A stretch of 64,000 nucleotides of DNA from assembly GCA_041739525.1 (NCBI GenBank), contig JBGSNQ010000165.1:14706-78705 (forward strand), in the 5' to 3' direction. Numbering within the stretch: position 1 is the first letter of the stretch; every line of letters starts with the position of its first letter. The notes below the pieces were generated by a model, which had not been told where the DNA came from, did not search any database, and was given only the letters and a program-made list of their open reading frames with translations. This document shows, in pieces, positions 9,297 through 18,262 of the stretch. The DNA is from Pseudomonadales bacterium (GTDB lineage Bacteria > Pseudomonadota > Gammaproteobacteria > Pseudomonadales > Azotimanducaceae). The position numbers were made by a program, and so were the translations under genes.

Positions 9297-10019
9297 TCAG
9301 GCGACGGTGTGAAACACCCGCTGCACGTCGTCGTCCTGCTCGAGCTTGTCGATCAGCTCGAGCGCCTCGTTGGCCTGTTCTTCCGGTAACGTCATCGGCG
9401 AAATGCAGACGTATTCGTGCTCCGCGGAGATCGGCGTGATGCCGCGCTCTTCCAGCGCCTTCTGCACGTGGCCGAACTCTTCGAACGCACAACGCACCAC
9501 GAGCTGCGCCTCGCCCTTCTCACCGGTGCTCTCGCCCATCTCTTCGAGACCGTGGTCGATGAGATAAAGCTCCAGATCGTCCTGATCGATCCCCTCCGGG
9601 TTCAGTCTGAACACACCCATACGGTTGAACATGAACTCAACCGCACCGGTAGTGCCGAGATTGCCGCCGAATTTGCTGAAGATGCTGCGCACGCTCGCAA
9701 CGGTGCGCTTGGTGTTGTCCGTTGCCGTTTCCACGATCACCGCAACGCCGTGCGGGGCATAACCTTCGTAGATGACCACTTCGTAGTCCTTCGCATCCGC
9801 GCCGGATGCACGCTTGATCGCAGCCTCTACCTTGTCTTTGGGCATGTTGACCGCGCGCGCGTTCTGCATCACCCGCCGCAGCGCCGGATTGCTGTTCGGA
9901 TCGGAACCGCCGGCTTTCACCGCGATGGTGACGTCTTTGTTGATCTTCGCGAACTGTTTCGCCATGCGATTCCAGCGCGCAAACATCGTGTGCTTTCGGA
10001 CTTCGAAAATGCGGCCCAT
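9297..10019 (-). CDS. YebC/PmpR-family transcriptional regulator
   Basis: [23 protein letters not shown]...[12 protein letters not shown]..., typical YebC-family sequence over ~240 aa. The start is trimmed from the ORF-track 300-aa ORF to this M. Confidence 0.9.
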   Translation of the reverse strand: MGRIFEVRKHTMFARWNRMAKQFAKINKDVTIAVKAGGSDPNSNPALRRVMQNARAVNMPKDKVEAAIKRASGADAKDYEVVIYEGYAPHGVAVIVETATDNTKRTVASVRSIFSKFGGNLGTTGAVEFMFNRMGVFRLNPEGIDQDDLELYLIDHGLEEMGESTGEKGEAQLVVRCAFEEFGHVQKALEERGITPISAEHEYVCISPMTLPEEQANEALELIDKLEQDDDVQRVFHTVA

Positions 10020-10112
10020 GTTGGCCTCGCAGAGTGGGTGGGGCTCGACGCGGCGCGAATCTACTCGATTCGTGGCAGTAGGAGAAGGGAGGAGCAAGTT
10101 GCAGCGGGGGTG

Positions 10113-10216
10113 GGCGACGGCTGATCGGTGTTCCGGGGCCGCTCTAGCCGTCCCTGCGCTTAAGGCGCGGCCATCCATGGCCGCGACATGCCCCTCCACA
10201 CCGATCAGCCGTCGCC
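10113..10216. repeat. palindromic element A: 19-bp perfect outer stem enclosing a 66-nt conserved core
   Basis: GGCGACGGCTGATCGGTGT (10113-10131) is the exact reverse complement of 10198-10216. The core contains CGCGGCCATCCATGGCCGCG (10166-10185). Confidence 0.7.
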
Positions 10217-10259
10217 TTCAGACGTCGACGGTCACGCCGTCGTTTTGTTGGGGAGGGAT

Positions 10260-10310
10260 GAACGCGCGCTGCACGCGCGTTCCGCACCAACGCGCTTTAG
10301 CGCGTTGGTG
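10260..10310. other. two adjacent perfect GC-rich hairpins
   Basis: GAACGCGCG-ctgca-CGCGCGTTC (10260-10282) and CACCAACGCGC-ttta-GCGCGTTGGTG (10285-10310). They lie between elements A and B. Confidence 0.6.
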
Positions 10311-10343
10311 TTTCTCCACAAGCTGGCGATGGAGTTCGACCTA

Positions 10344-10453
10344 GGCGGGCGTGAGGGAATGTTGGTGAGGACCATGAGCGGCCATGGATGGCCGCGATTG
10401 AGCGACCACGGAAGGCTCGAGCGTGTCCGAACCAACATTCCCTCACGCCCGCC
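10344..10453. repeat. palindromic element B: 23-bp perfect outer stem enclosing a 64-nt core homologous (inverted) to the element A core
   Basis: GGCGGGCGTGAGGGAATGTTGGT (10344-10366) is the exact reverse complement of 10431-10453. The core reverse complement aligns with the element A core and shares the block GCGGCCATCCATGGCCGC (10378-10395). Confidence 0.7.
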
Positions 10454-10522
10454 GTTATTCGAAGCTCCATCCCACCACCTCCGTCGTTGGCGACGGCCGT
10501 GCCGCTCTGTTGTAATGCCCGC

Positions 10523-10967
10523 ATGACCCACCTCCCCAACAGAACGAATGAAGGCGCGCGCAATGCCTGGCGACTTTGTATGGCTGCCATGGTCGTGTTC
10601 GGCCTCGTGCAAGCGGTGACGAACACCGGCCTGCTGCAGACCCTGTCGATGCAACTCTACGGGTGGTTCGGCGCGCAACTCGACGTGGTGTCGATGAACC
10701 TGCTCGCCGGCGTCGGTCTGCTGTCGAGCGTGCTGGCGAACACGCCGGTGGTCGCCGCGGCAATCGTCACGGTGAAGGGTAATCTGGTTCCTGCCGAAGT
10801 GGTGCCGGAGGCAGCCCTTTCGCACGGCTTCACGGCGTGGCCGCTCGCAACGTTGCCGGTGTTCGTTGCGATGATGTTTCGCGGGTACGCTCGGCGGAAA
10901 TGCAACGCTGATCGCCGCGGCGGCCGCCAACCTCGCCGCAATCGGCGTAGGAAGACAGCGGGAGTGA
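10523..10967 (+). pseudogene. C-terminal remnant of an ArsB/NhaD/CitMHS-superfamily ion-transporter permease, frameshifted
   Basis: One frame gives ...LLAGVGLLSSVLANTPVVAAAIV...LPVFVAMMF. A +1 shift near 10877-10880 gives FAGTLGGNATLIAAAAANLAAIGV...* (TGA 10965-10967). Only ~150 of the expected >400 residues are present. Confidence 0.6.
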
Positions 10968-10971
10968 CGCA

Positions 10972-11784
10972 ATGTTGAGTCTAACCAACGATTCACTAGA
11001 GGTGCAGCTGCTCGATCCAGCAGCGGACCGCCCGCGCTTCGGTGTGCGTTACTGCACCGGCGGTTACATCTTCCAGATCCGCGACCGCGTGCACGGCGAC
11101 CTGCTCAGCGGTCCGACGTTTCCTGACAGCTTCAACTGGTTCGACGGCCAGGGTATTCCGGACGCGTTCAATCTGGGTCCACTGAACTCGAACAAAACGC
11201 TCGGCGAAGCGCTGATCATCGGCATCGGCGTGTGCGACACGCAGGCGCGCACCGTCAAGTCGTTCAGCGATTGGCACGTCACGCGTGGTGCCGATTCGGT
11301 CGAGTTCGAAACCCGGCAGACTTACGAGGACTTTTCGCTGACCCTTTCGCGAACCGTTTCGCTGCACGAACGCACGATTCGTTCGCACACCACGCTCGCC
11401 AACGTCGGTAAAGCACCGGTGCCGATGCGCTGGTTCCCACATCCCTTCTACCCGCAAACCGCAACCGACGAACTGCTGTGGATCAACGCGCCGCTGAACT
11501 GGCGCGATGCCAACGGATATACCCGGCTGCGGAATGGTTTCATCGCGCGCACCGGGTGGCCGTGGCAAGACGGCCACTATCAGCCGCTCGACCACGATGC
11601 GACGGCACCGCTGATTCTGCTGCAACGACATCCCACGCTCGGCCTCGTTTCGGCAACGTGCAGCTACGTGCCGGACTATTTCCCCATCTGGGGCAATGCG
11701 GCGACCTTCTCGTGGGAGCCGTTTCTCGAACGCACGGTATTCCCGGGGCAGTCGTACAGCTGGTGGATCGACTATTCCTTCTGA
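10972..11784 (+). CDS. hypothetical protein (no motif I can name confidently)
   Basis: 270-aa ORF with coding-like composition. The ATG lies 4 nt after the stop of the transporter remnant. Confidence 0.55.
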   Translation: MLSLTNDSLEVQLLDPAADRPRFGVRYCTGGYIFQIRDRVHGDLLSGPTFPDSFNWFDGQGIPDAFNLGPLNSNKTLGEALIIGIGVCDTQARTVKSFSDWHVTRGADSVEFETRQTYEDFSLTLSRTVSLHERTIRSHTTLANVGKAPVPMRWFPHPFYPQTATDELLWINAPLNWRDANGYTRLRNGFIARTGWPWQDGHYQPLDHDATAPLILLQRHPTLGLVSATCSYVPDYFPIWGNAATFSWEPFLERTVFPGQSYSWWIDYSF

Positions 11785-12652
11785 AGTAAATGAAAGCGCG
11801 GCACGAGCCGCAGATGCCGTTCGTGCGAAATACTCGCTGGGTGCAACGCTAAACCGGTTCGAAGACGGCACCCTGCCGGTGTTCGCCGTCGACGACACCT
11901 GCGTCATCAAGCTGTTCCCGCCCGACGAACCAGCGCATTTCGAAACGGAACGCACTGCGCTCGCACGCATCGACGGTTCGCTGTCGATCCCGACACCGCG
12001 TCTGATCGAATCGGGGCAAATCGATGAGTGGTACTTCATCGCGATGACACGAATGACCGGCGAGACACTGTCGCGCGTGTGGCACGCAATCCCGCCCGGC
12101 GAACGTGTCGCATTGGCGCGACGTGTAGGCAAGGCGCTCACCGAACTGCATTCGATTTCGATCGACGACTGCGCCGCGCTCGTCGTCGACTGGCATGCGT
12201 TCATGCGCCAACAGCGCGACACAGTCACGGCGCGTCAGGCCGCAAAAGGTCTCGCGCCGCAGTGGCTCGATCAGGTGGACGACTTCCTCGATCGCTGGAT
12301 GCCGCACGACGACGGACGGCGCGTGCTGCTGCACACCGAAGTGATGCGCGAACATCTGCTCGCCGAGCATCGCGATGGCGCATGGCGCCTCACCGGACTG
12401 GTCGACTTCGAACCGGCGATGATCGGCGCACCGGAGTACGAATTCGCGTCGGTAGGTCTCTTCGTGGGCTGCGCCGAACCAGGGTTGTTCGCGACCGCGC
12501 TCGACGCCTATGGCATCGAACTAGAACCGGAGCGAACGATGGCGTACGCGCTGCTGCATCGCTACAGCCATTTGCGCTGGTATCTCGAACGCTTACCGCA
12601 CGACTCGAACACCACGCTCGAATCGCTCGCGCACAGGTGGTTCGGTTGTTGA
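11696..12652 (+). CDS. aminoglycoside/choline-kinase-type phosphotransferase family protein (start uncertain)
   Basis: Kinase-like layout with ...VIKLFPP..., LLHTEVMREHLL in the catalytic-loop position and GLVDFEPAMIG as the DFG-like motif. The only in-frame start upstream of the N-lobe is ATG 11696, which overlaps the previous gene by 89 nt. Confidence 0.65.
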   Translation: MRRPSRGSRFSNARYSRGSRTAGGSTIPSEVNESAARAADAVRAKYSLGATLNRFEDGTLPVFAVDDTCVIKLFPPDEPAHFETERTALARIDGSLSIPTPRLIESGQIDEWYFIAMTRMTGETLSRVWHAIPPGERVALARRVGKALTELHSISIDDCAALVVDWHAFMRQQRDTVTARQAAKGLAPQWLDQVDDFLDRWMPHDDGRRVLLHTEVMREHLLAEHRDGAWRLTGLVDFEPAMIGAPEYEFASVGLFVGCAEPGLFATALDAYGIELEPERTMAYALLHRYSHLRWYLERLPHDSNTTLESLAHRWFGC

Positions 12653-12656
12653 CCGT

Positions 12657-13595
12657 TCAGTCGCCCGAGACGGAATCCACATTGCCAAAGATGCGCTCGA
12701 GGTCGGCGAGGAGCTTTGGCGGCAACGGCGGCGCCAGAATCGCATCGACGTTCTCGCGCAGGTGCTCGACGCTGCTGGTGCCGGTGAGAATCACGTGCGC
12801 GCCAGGCTCGTGGCGACAGAAACGGTACGCGGCCTCGATCAACGATTTCACTTCCGGGTTCGACGCGACAAAACCGAGCGGATCGTTGCGATCGACCGCG
12901 CGTGCGTCGATCGCGCCTGCTTCGATCAACTGCGTGACCACGGCGCCCACGCGTTCGCGATTCGTCAGAGCACGCCGCACCGCGAACATGATCAACGTGC
13001 CCACGTCGTTAGCGCGCGTCAGCGGAAACACCGTGCGGCGCGCGGACGGGTTCAGCAGATTGTGGCCGACCATGATCACGTCGAAGTGATCGTCGGGCAG
13101 CGCGCGCTTCAGCATCGCGTGGTCCGTATCCGTGCCGAAGCGTTCCGTGATGCCGATGAAACGCACCTTACCCGCGTCGCGGGCACGCACCAGTTCCGGC
13201 AGCAACACGTCCACGCAGTGGGCGTATTGGTCGGTAAGCACGCCGTGCAGATGAAAGATGTCGACGTAGTCGGTACCCAGCCGCGACAGACTGAGTTCGA
13301 GGCTTTCGCGCAATTCGGCGGCGCTCATCAGCCCCGCCGCGCCGGCGGGTAGCGCTTTCGTAGACAACACCACCGAATCGCGCCGGCCACGGATGGCGCG
13401 CGCCACCGCGCCTTCCGTGCCGTAAACGCGCGCGGTGTCGATGAAGTCGATGCCGAGATCGAGTGCCGCAGCGACGACACGGCTTGCTTGCGCCTCGTCG
13501 CCGCCGTTCGCCATACCCAGCCGGCTGTGGCCGCCGCAACCGAGACCGACCACGCCCACCGAGAGTCCGGTGCGACCGAGCACTACCGTTTGCAT
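12657..13595 (-). CDS. aldo/keto reductase
   Basis: MQTVVLGRTGLSVGVVGLGCG...IDTARVYG...DYVDIFHLHG... The start is trimmed from the 523-aa ORF to the M preceded by GGAGAC. Confidence 0.9.
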   Translation of the reverse strand: MQTVVLGRTGLSVGVVGLGCGGHSRLGMANGGDEAQASRVVAAALDLGIDFIDTARVYGTEGAVARAIRGRRDSVVLSTKALPAGAAGLMSAAELRESLELSLSRLGTDYVDIFHLHGVLTDQYAHCVDVLLPELVRARDAGKVRFIGITERFGTDTDHAMLKRALPDDHFDVIMVGHNLLNPSARRTVFPLTRANDVGTLIMFAVRRALTNRERVGAVVTQLIEAGAIDARAVDRNDPLGFVASNPEVKSLIEAAYRFCRHEPGAHVILTGTSSVEHLRENVDAILAPPLPPKLLADLERIFGNVDSVSGD

Positions 13596-13670
13596 GAGAG
13601 TCTCCTGCCTGTCTTGCCTGTTATCCTCGCACGCCCTGGCCAAAGAAGGGCTGCGCAGCGGAGCATCAGC

Positions 13671-14513
13671 ATGAAATACGGTCTCTATCTCGTTCCGACC
13701 GATGACTACCCACCCATCACCGATCTCGCGCGCGCCGTCGAAGAGCGCGGCTTCGATTCGATCTGGGTGCCCGAGCATTCGCACATTCCTACCGTCGGCA
13801 ACACGCCGTATCCCGGCCGCGGTCCGGTGACGCGTGATTTCGCGCGCACGCTCGATCCGTTCGTCGCGCTCACCGCCGCGGCCACCGTCACTACTACGCT
13901 CAAACTCGGCACCGGCATTTGTCTCCTGATTCAGCGCGATACGATCCACACCGCCAAAACCGTGGCAACGCTCGATCACGTGTCGGGCGGACGCGTGCTG
14001 TTCGGCGTTGGCGGCGGTTGGAACAAACCGGAGATGGAGAACCACGGCACCGTTTACGCCACGCGCTTTCAACGGCTGGAGGAACAACTGCAGGCATTGA
14101 AGAAGATCTGGACGGAAGAAGAGCCCGAGTATCACGGCGAGCACGTCGACTTTGCGCCGATGTGGTTGTGGCCGAAGCCGGTCTCGCAACCGCATCCACC
14201 GATCTTCATCGGCGGCGAGACGGATCACACGCTGAGACGCATCGCGAAGTACGCCGACGGCTGGCTGCCGCGCGTTCGCGATCCGGCATTGGTGCTGGCC
14301 GGCATCGCGCGCCTGCGTGCGTTTGCACGTGCAGAGGGCCGCGATGCGGACAGCATTGCGATCAGTGCGTTCGGCCTCGCGGCGAAACCCGACGCGATCG
14401 CGCCGTTCAGGGACGCCGGCGTGGGTCGTGCGATCCTGGCAATCGCGCCGGGATCGCTCGACGACATGCTGCGGCGGCTCGACCGTTATGCGGAACTCGT
14501 CGCCGCAGCGTAA
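13671..14513 (+). CDS. luciferase-like monooxygenase (LLM) class oxidoreductase, resembles the F420-dependent subgroup
   Basis: MKYGLYLVP...FDSIWVPEHSHIP...LGTGICLL...GGRVLFGVGGGWN. TIM-barrel LLM pattern, 280 aa. Confidence 0.8.
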   Translation: MKYGLYLVPTDDYPPITDLARAVEERGFDSIWVPEHSHIPTVGNTPYPGRGPVTRDFARTLDPFVALTAAATVTTTLKLGTGICLLIQRDTIHTAKTVATLDHVSGGRVLFGVGGGWNKPEMENHGTVYATRFQRLEEQLQALKKIWTEEEPEYHGEHVDFAPMWLWPKPVSQPHPPIFIGGETDHTLRRIAKYADGWLPRVRDPALVLAGIARLRAFARAEGRDADSIAISAFGLAAKPDAIAPFRDAGVGRAILAIAPGSLDDMLRRLDRYAELVAAA

Positions 14514-14618
14514 AAAAACTACAAGCCTGCTTCTTCCAGTCCGCGAATAATCAGCGTGCGCGACGGTGGAACCTTGTCGTCACTGCGTGGATCATCAACG
14601 AGGGGATGAGGGGTAGCG

Positions 14619-16427
14619 ATGGTGCTCGACTGGCTACGCGCTCGCGACGAGTGGAAGTTCTTCGGTGTGCTGCCGAAGGCCGACAGCACGATGGCCGTCG
14701 TCTGGTGGGCATTACTGCTGCTGCGTGGCGTGTTGCCCGCGCTGTTCGCGGTGGCGATGGGCGTGCTGATCGGTGCGGTACAACGCGGCGACAGTCTGAC
14801 CACGCCACTGTCGATCGTCGGCGTCGTATTCGTGCTGCTGCAGACCACTTCACCGTTGCATCAGTCGATCGGCAAGAACCTCGGCAGCCGTACCGCGTCG
14901 TGGCTGTACGATGAACTCACGCGCGCCTGTGTACGTCCTCCCGGCATGGGTCACCTCGAAGACCCGCGGCTCACCACCGACCTCACCGTGGCGCGCGACT
15001 TCGACCTCGGCATCAGTGGTCCGCCGTTGTCGATTTCGATGGATTTCATCGGCGCTGGGCTGGTCGAGTTCATCGCGGGGGTCACCGCTGCGCTGCTGCT
15101 CGCGGCGTATGCATGGTGGGCGCCGCTGTTGCTGGGCGGTGCATGGTTCGCCACGCAATGGCTGCTGCGCGAAAGCGCGGTGTGGCGCGACCGCAACACT
15201 GACGAGGTACGTGAGGCGCAGCGTCACGCCGATTACGCGTACAGGCTCGCTGTCGATCCTCCCGCCGCAAAGGAACTGCGCCTGTTCGGCCTCTCGTCGT
15301 GGACGGTCGAGCGCTTCACCAAGCAACGCCGCCGGTTATTCGATTTGCGCTGGGAAGCCACCCGGCTGCGCGAGCGGTCCGTCGTGTGGAGTCTGTTGAT
15401 CGTGCTCTGTGCGAACGTCGCGGTGTTCGCGTCGATCGCGTTCGGCGTGAACGCCGCACGCATCGATCTCGGGCAGGCGGTCACGTTCGCGAGCGCTGCA
15501 GTGACCACCAGCATGATCGCGTTCGGGGGACTGTCGTGGGCACTCGACGGCGCATCGGCACCGGCCGCCGCCGTGTTGCGCCTGAAGCAGGCGATGGACC
15601 CGCAGGGTGCGCTGGCGCAAGGCACCCGCTCCGCACAGAACCTGCCGATTCGGGAGATCCGTTTCCGCAACGTCACGTTCGCCTATCCGGCCGGTGGCGG
15701 CACGGTTCTGGACAACTTCGACCTCACCATTCCGGCCGGCTCGTCGATTGCGATCGTCGGCCAGAACGGCGCCGGTAAAACCACGCTCGCAAAACTGCTG
15801 TGCCGGCTCTACGACCCGCAAGCCGGCGCCATCGAAGTGGACGGCATCGACATTCGCACGTTCGACCTCGACTCCTGGCGCGCGCGCGTCACCGCAGTGT
15901 TCCAGGACTTCATCCGCTTCGAGTTGCCGCTGCGCGACAACGTTGCGCCGGGCGGCGCGCCTGACGAGGCCATAAAGGCGGCGCTCGCCGATGCGGGCGC
16001 CTCGAATCTCGCCGAACTCGATACCGTGCTCGCGCGGGGCTACGAGGGTGGCACGGATCTGTCCGGCGGCCAGTGGCAACGCATCGCACTGGCGCGTGCC
16101 CTGTGCGCAGTGCGGCTCGGCGCGGGCGTAGTACTGCTCGACGAACCCACTGCCCAACTCGACGTGCGCGGCGAATCCGAGATCTTCGAGCGTGTGCTCG
16201 CCTCTACGCGACACGCAACGACGATCCTGATTTCGCACCGTTTCTCCACCGTGCGTCAGGCCGACCGCATCTGCGTACTCGAACAAGGCCGCGTCGTCGA
16301 ACTGGGAACGCACGACGAACTGATGGCTGCGAATGGCCGCTACCGCACGATGTTCGACCTGCAGGCATCGCGCTTCGGCACCGACGGCGACGAGAAAGAA
16401 GGAGAGACGCTCGATGTCCTCGGTTGA
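14619..16427 (+). CDS. ABC transporter, fused permease/ATP-binding subunit
   Basis: N-terminal TM domain, then Walker A GQNGAGKTT, signature LSGGQWQRIALARAL and Walker B VVLLDEPT. Confidence 0.9.
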   Translation: MVLDWLRARDEWKFFGVLPKADSTMAVVWWALLLLRGVLPALFAVAMGVLIGAVQRGDSLTTPLSIVGVVFVLLQTTSPLHQSIGKNLGSRTASWLYDELTRACVRPPGMGHLEDPRLTTDLTVARDFDLGISGPPLSISMDFIGAGLVEFIAGVTAALLLAAYAWWAPLLLGGAWFATQWLLRESAVWRDRNTDEVREAQRHADYAYRLAVDPPAAKELRLFGLSSWTVERFTKQRRRLFDLRWEATRLRERSVVWSLLIVLCANVAVFASIAFGVNAARIDLGQAVTFASAAVTTSMIAFGGLSWALDGASAPAAAVLRLKQAMDPQGALAQGTRSAQNLPIREIRFRNVTFAYPAGGGTVLDNFDLTIPAGSSIAIVGQNGAGKTTLAKLLCRLYDPQAGAIEVDGIDIRTFDLDSWRARVTAVFQDFIRFELPLRDNVAPGGAPDEAIKAALADAGASNLAELDTVLARGYEGGTDLSGGQWQRIALARALCAVRLGAGVVLLDEPTAQLDVRGESEIFERVLASTRHATTILISHRFSTVRQADRICVLEQGRVVELGTHDELMAANGRYRTMFDLQASRFGTDGDEKEGETLDVLG

Positions 16428-18228
16428 CGATCTGCCGCCGGCCCTCCCGGCGATGTGGCGCGCGCTGAAGCGCGGCTATCAGGCCGAACCGCGGCTGCTG
16501 ACGATCTCGTTTTCGCTGTCGTTGCTCGCAGCATTGCCAGACGCATTGATCGCGCTGCTGTTCATGCTGCTCGCCAACGGCGTTACGGCCCATAACGAAA
16601 AGCTCGTCATCGGCGCGATGCTGGGGCTCGCCACCTGCGCTGTGGCCACCTGGTTCCTGCGCGTCGTCAGCGACCGCACGCAACGCCGCTTCCGCGACCG
16701 CGTGACGATTGCCCTCGAATCGCACGTGGCGAAGCTGCAGGCGTCGGTGCAGACGATCGCGCACCACGAGCGGCCGGATTTTCTCGACCGCCTCGCGGTG
16801 CTGCGCGACCAGGTCTTCGTGCTCGACCACATGTACATGTCGCTGTTCTCCACGTGCGGCTGGATTCTGCGGCTCGGCGTCACGATCGTGCTGCTGATGT
16901 CGATCCACTGGGCGCTGGCGCTGCTGGTTCTGTTCGCGCTGCCGACGGTACTCACGTCCACATGGCGTCCGGCGGTGGAACGGGCGGCCGAAGAGCGCGG
17001 CGCCTCTGCAAACCGGTTGGCGCGCCATCTGTTCAATACTGCGACGACGGCCCCACCCGGCAAGGAAGTGCGCGTTACGCGCATCGGCGAACGGCTGGTG
17101 GAACAGCGCCGCGCGGCGTGGATGCGCTGGTACGCTCCGGTCGCCTCGGCGCGCACCGGCAGCGCGTTGTGGCACTCCGTGGGTTGGGCGGTGTTTGGTG
17201 CCGCATACATCGGCGCAGTCGTATTCGTGTCGTCGGGTCTCGGCGGCACCGCGGGCCAGGTATTGCTGGTGTTAGCGGCGGGCTCGCGGCTCTCGGCCTA
17301 CATCGGCGCAACCGTCGGTGAGATCGGCTTCCTGCGCGGCATCTGGATGGACGGTTCGCGCCGCCTCGCGTGGCTCGAGGACTACGCGGCGTCGATCAGC
17401 GAAAACGCCGACGCGGCGGTGCCGGAGCGACTGAAAGGCGGCATCCGCTTCGACCACGTGTCGTTCGCGTATCCGGGCACCACACGCAAAGTGCTCGACG
17501 ACGTCAGCTTCGAACTGCAACCCGGTACTGTCGTTGCCGTGGTGGGTGAAAACGGCGCCGGCAAAAGCACACTGGTGAAGCTGCTGTGTCGCCTCTATCA
17601 GCCGACGCAAGGCCGAATTCTGATCGACGGCGTCGATCTGGCACGTATTCCCGCAGACGGCTGGCGCGAGCGGCTCGCCGGCGCCTTCCAGGATTTCTTC
17701 CGCTTCGAATTCCAGGCGCGCCATACCGTGGGTGTTGGCGACGTGCCGCGACTCGACGATCAACCGGCCGTTTCGGTGGCCGTCGACCGCGCCGGTGCCG
17801 CCGACGTGGTCGAGCGTCTGATCGAAGGACTCGCAACACAACTCGGGCCTACCTGGCCCGGCGGCGTCGAAGTCAGCTTCGGCCAGTGGCAAAAGCTCGC
17901 CCTCGCCCGCGGCTTCATGCGCGACCGGCCGCTGTTGTTGGTGCTCGACGAACCGACCGCCGCGCTTGATGCCGAAACGGAACACATGCTGTTCGAACGT
18001 TACGCCGAAGCCGCGCGCGGAGGGTTTCGTGACGCCGGCTCCTCTGCCACGCCGGAGGGCCGCATCACGATTCTCGTGTCGCACCGCTTCAGCACCGTGC
18101 GTATGGCCGATCTCATCGTTGTGCTCGACGGTGCGAAGCTGGTCGAAATCGGCTCGCACGAAGCGCTGATGGCGAAAGGCGGTCAGTACGCGGAACTGTA
18201 CGGCATTCAGGCGGCGGCCTATCGGTAA
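16414..18228 (+). CDS. ABC transporter, fused permease/ATP-binding subunit (partner, degenerate signature)
   Basis: The ATG overlaps the upstream stop region. Walker A GENGAGKST, signature-like SFGQWQKLALARGF and LLVLDEPT. Likely heterodimer with 14619-16427. Confidence 0.9.
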   Translation: MSSVDDLPPALPAMWRALKRGYQAEPRLLTISFSLSLLAALPDALIALLFMLLANGVTAHNEKLVIGAMLGLATCAVATWFLRVVSDRTQRRFRDRVTIALESHVAKLQASVQTIAHHERPDFLDRLAVLRDQVFVLDHMYMSLFSTCGWILRLGVTIVLLMSIHWALALLVLFALPTVLTSTWRPAVERAAEERGASANRLARHLFNTATTAPPGKEVRVTRIGERLVEQRRAAWMRWYAPVASARTGSALWHSVGWAVFGAAYIGAVVFVSSGLGGTAGQVLLVLAAGSRLSAYIGATVGEIGFLRGIWMDGSRRLAWLEDYAASISENADAAVPERLKGGIRFDHVSFAYPGTTRKVLDDVSFELQPGTVVAVVGENGAGKSTLVKLLCRLYQPTQGRILIDGVDLARIPADGWRERLAGAFQDFFRFEFQARHTVGVGDVPRLDDQPAVSVAVDRAGAADVVERLIEGLATQLGPTWPGGVEVSFGQWQKLALARGFMRDRPLLLVLDEPTAALDAETEHMLFERYAEAARGGFRDAGSSATPEGRITILVSHRFSTVRMADLIVVLDGAKLVEIGSHEALMAKGGQYAELYGIQAAAYR

Positions 18229-18248
18229 GGGCGTCGTTCGCGACGCCC
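18229..18248. terminator. GC-rich hairpin between convergent genes
   Basis: GGGCGTCG-ttcg-CGACGCCC starts immediately after the ABC stop codon. There is no clear T-tract. Confidence 0.4.
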
Positions 18249-18262
18249 CACCGACACCGCGT

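Noticed and set aside
10344-10453. Cobalamin riboswitch (because of GTGAGGGAATGTTGGTG), attC site, or retron msr/msd
   Set aside because: The AGGGAA-containing segment is simply one arm of a perfect 23-bp inverted repeat, and there is no B12-box (GCCACTG). There are no RYYYAAC/GTTRRRY cores, so it is not an attC. There is no reverse-transcriptase gene nearby, so it is not a retron.
10232-10996. 254-aa minus-strand ORF spanning the palindromic elements and the transporter remnant
   Set aside because: It reads through perfect inverted repeats, which produces mirror peptides such as GREGMLVRT in both strands, and is antisense to the transporter motifs. It is not credible as a gene.
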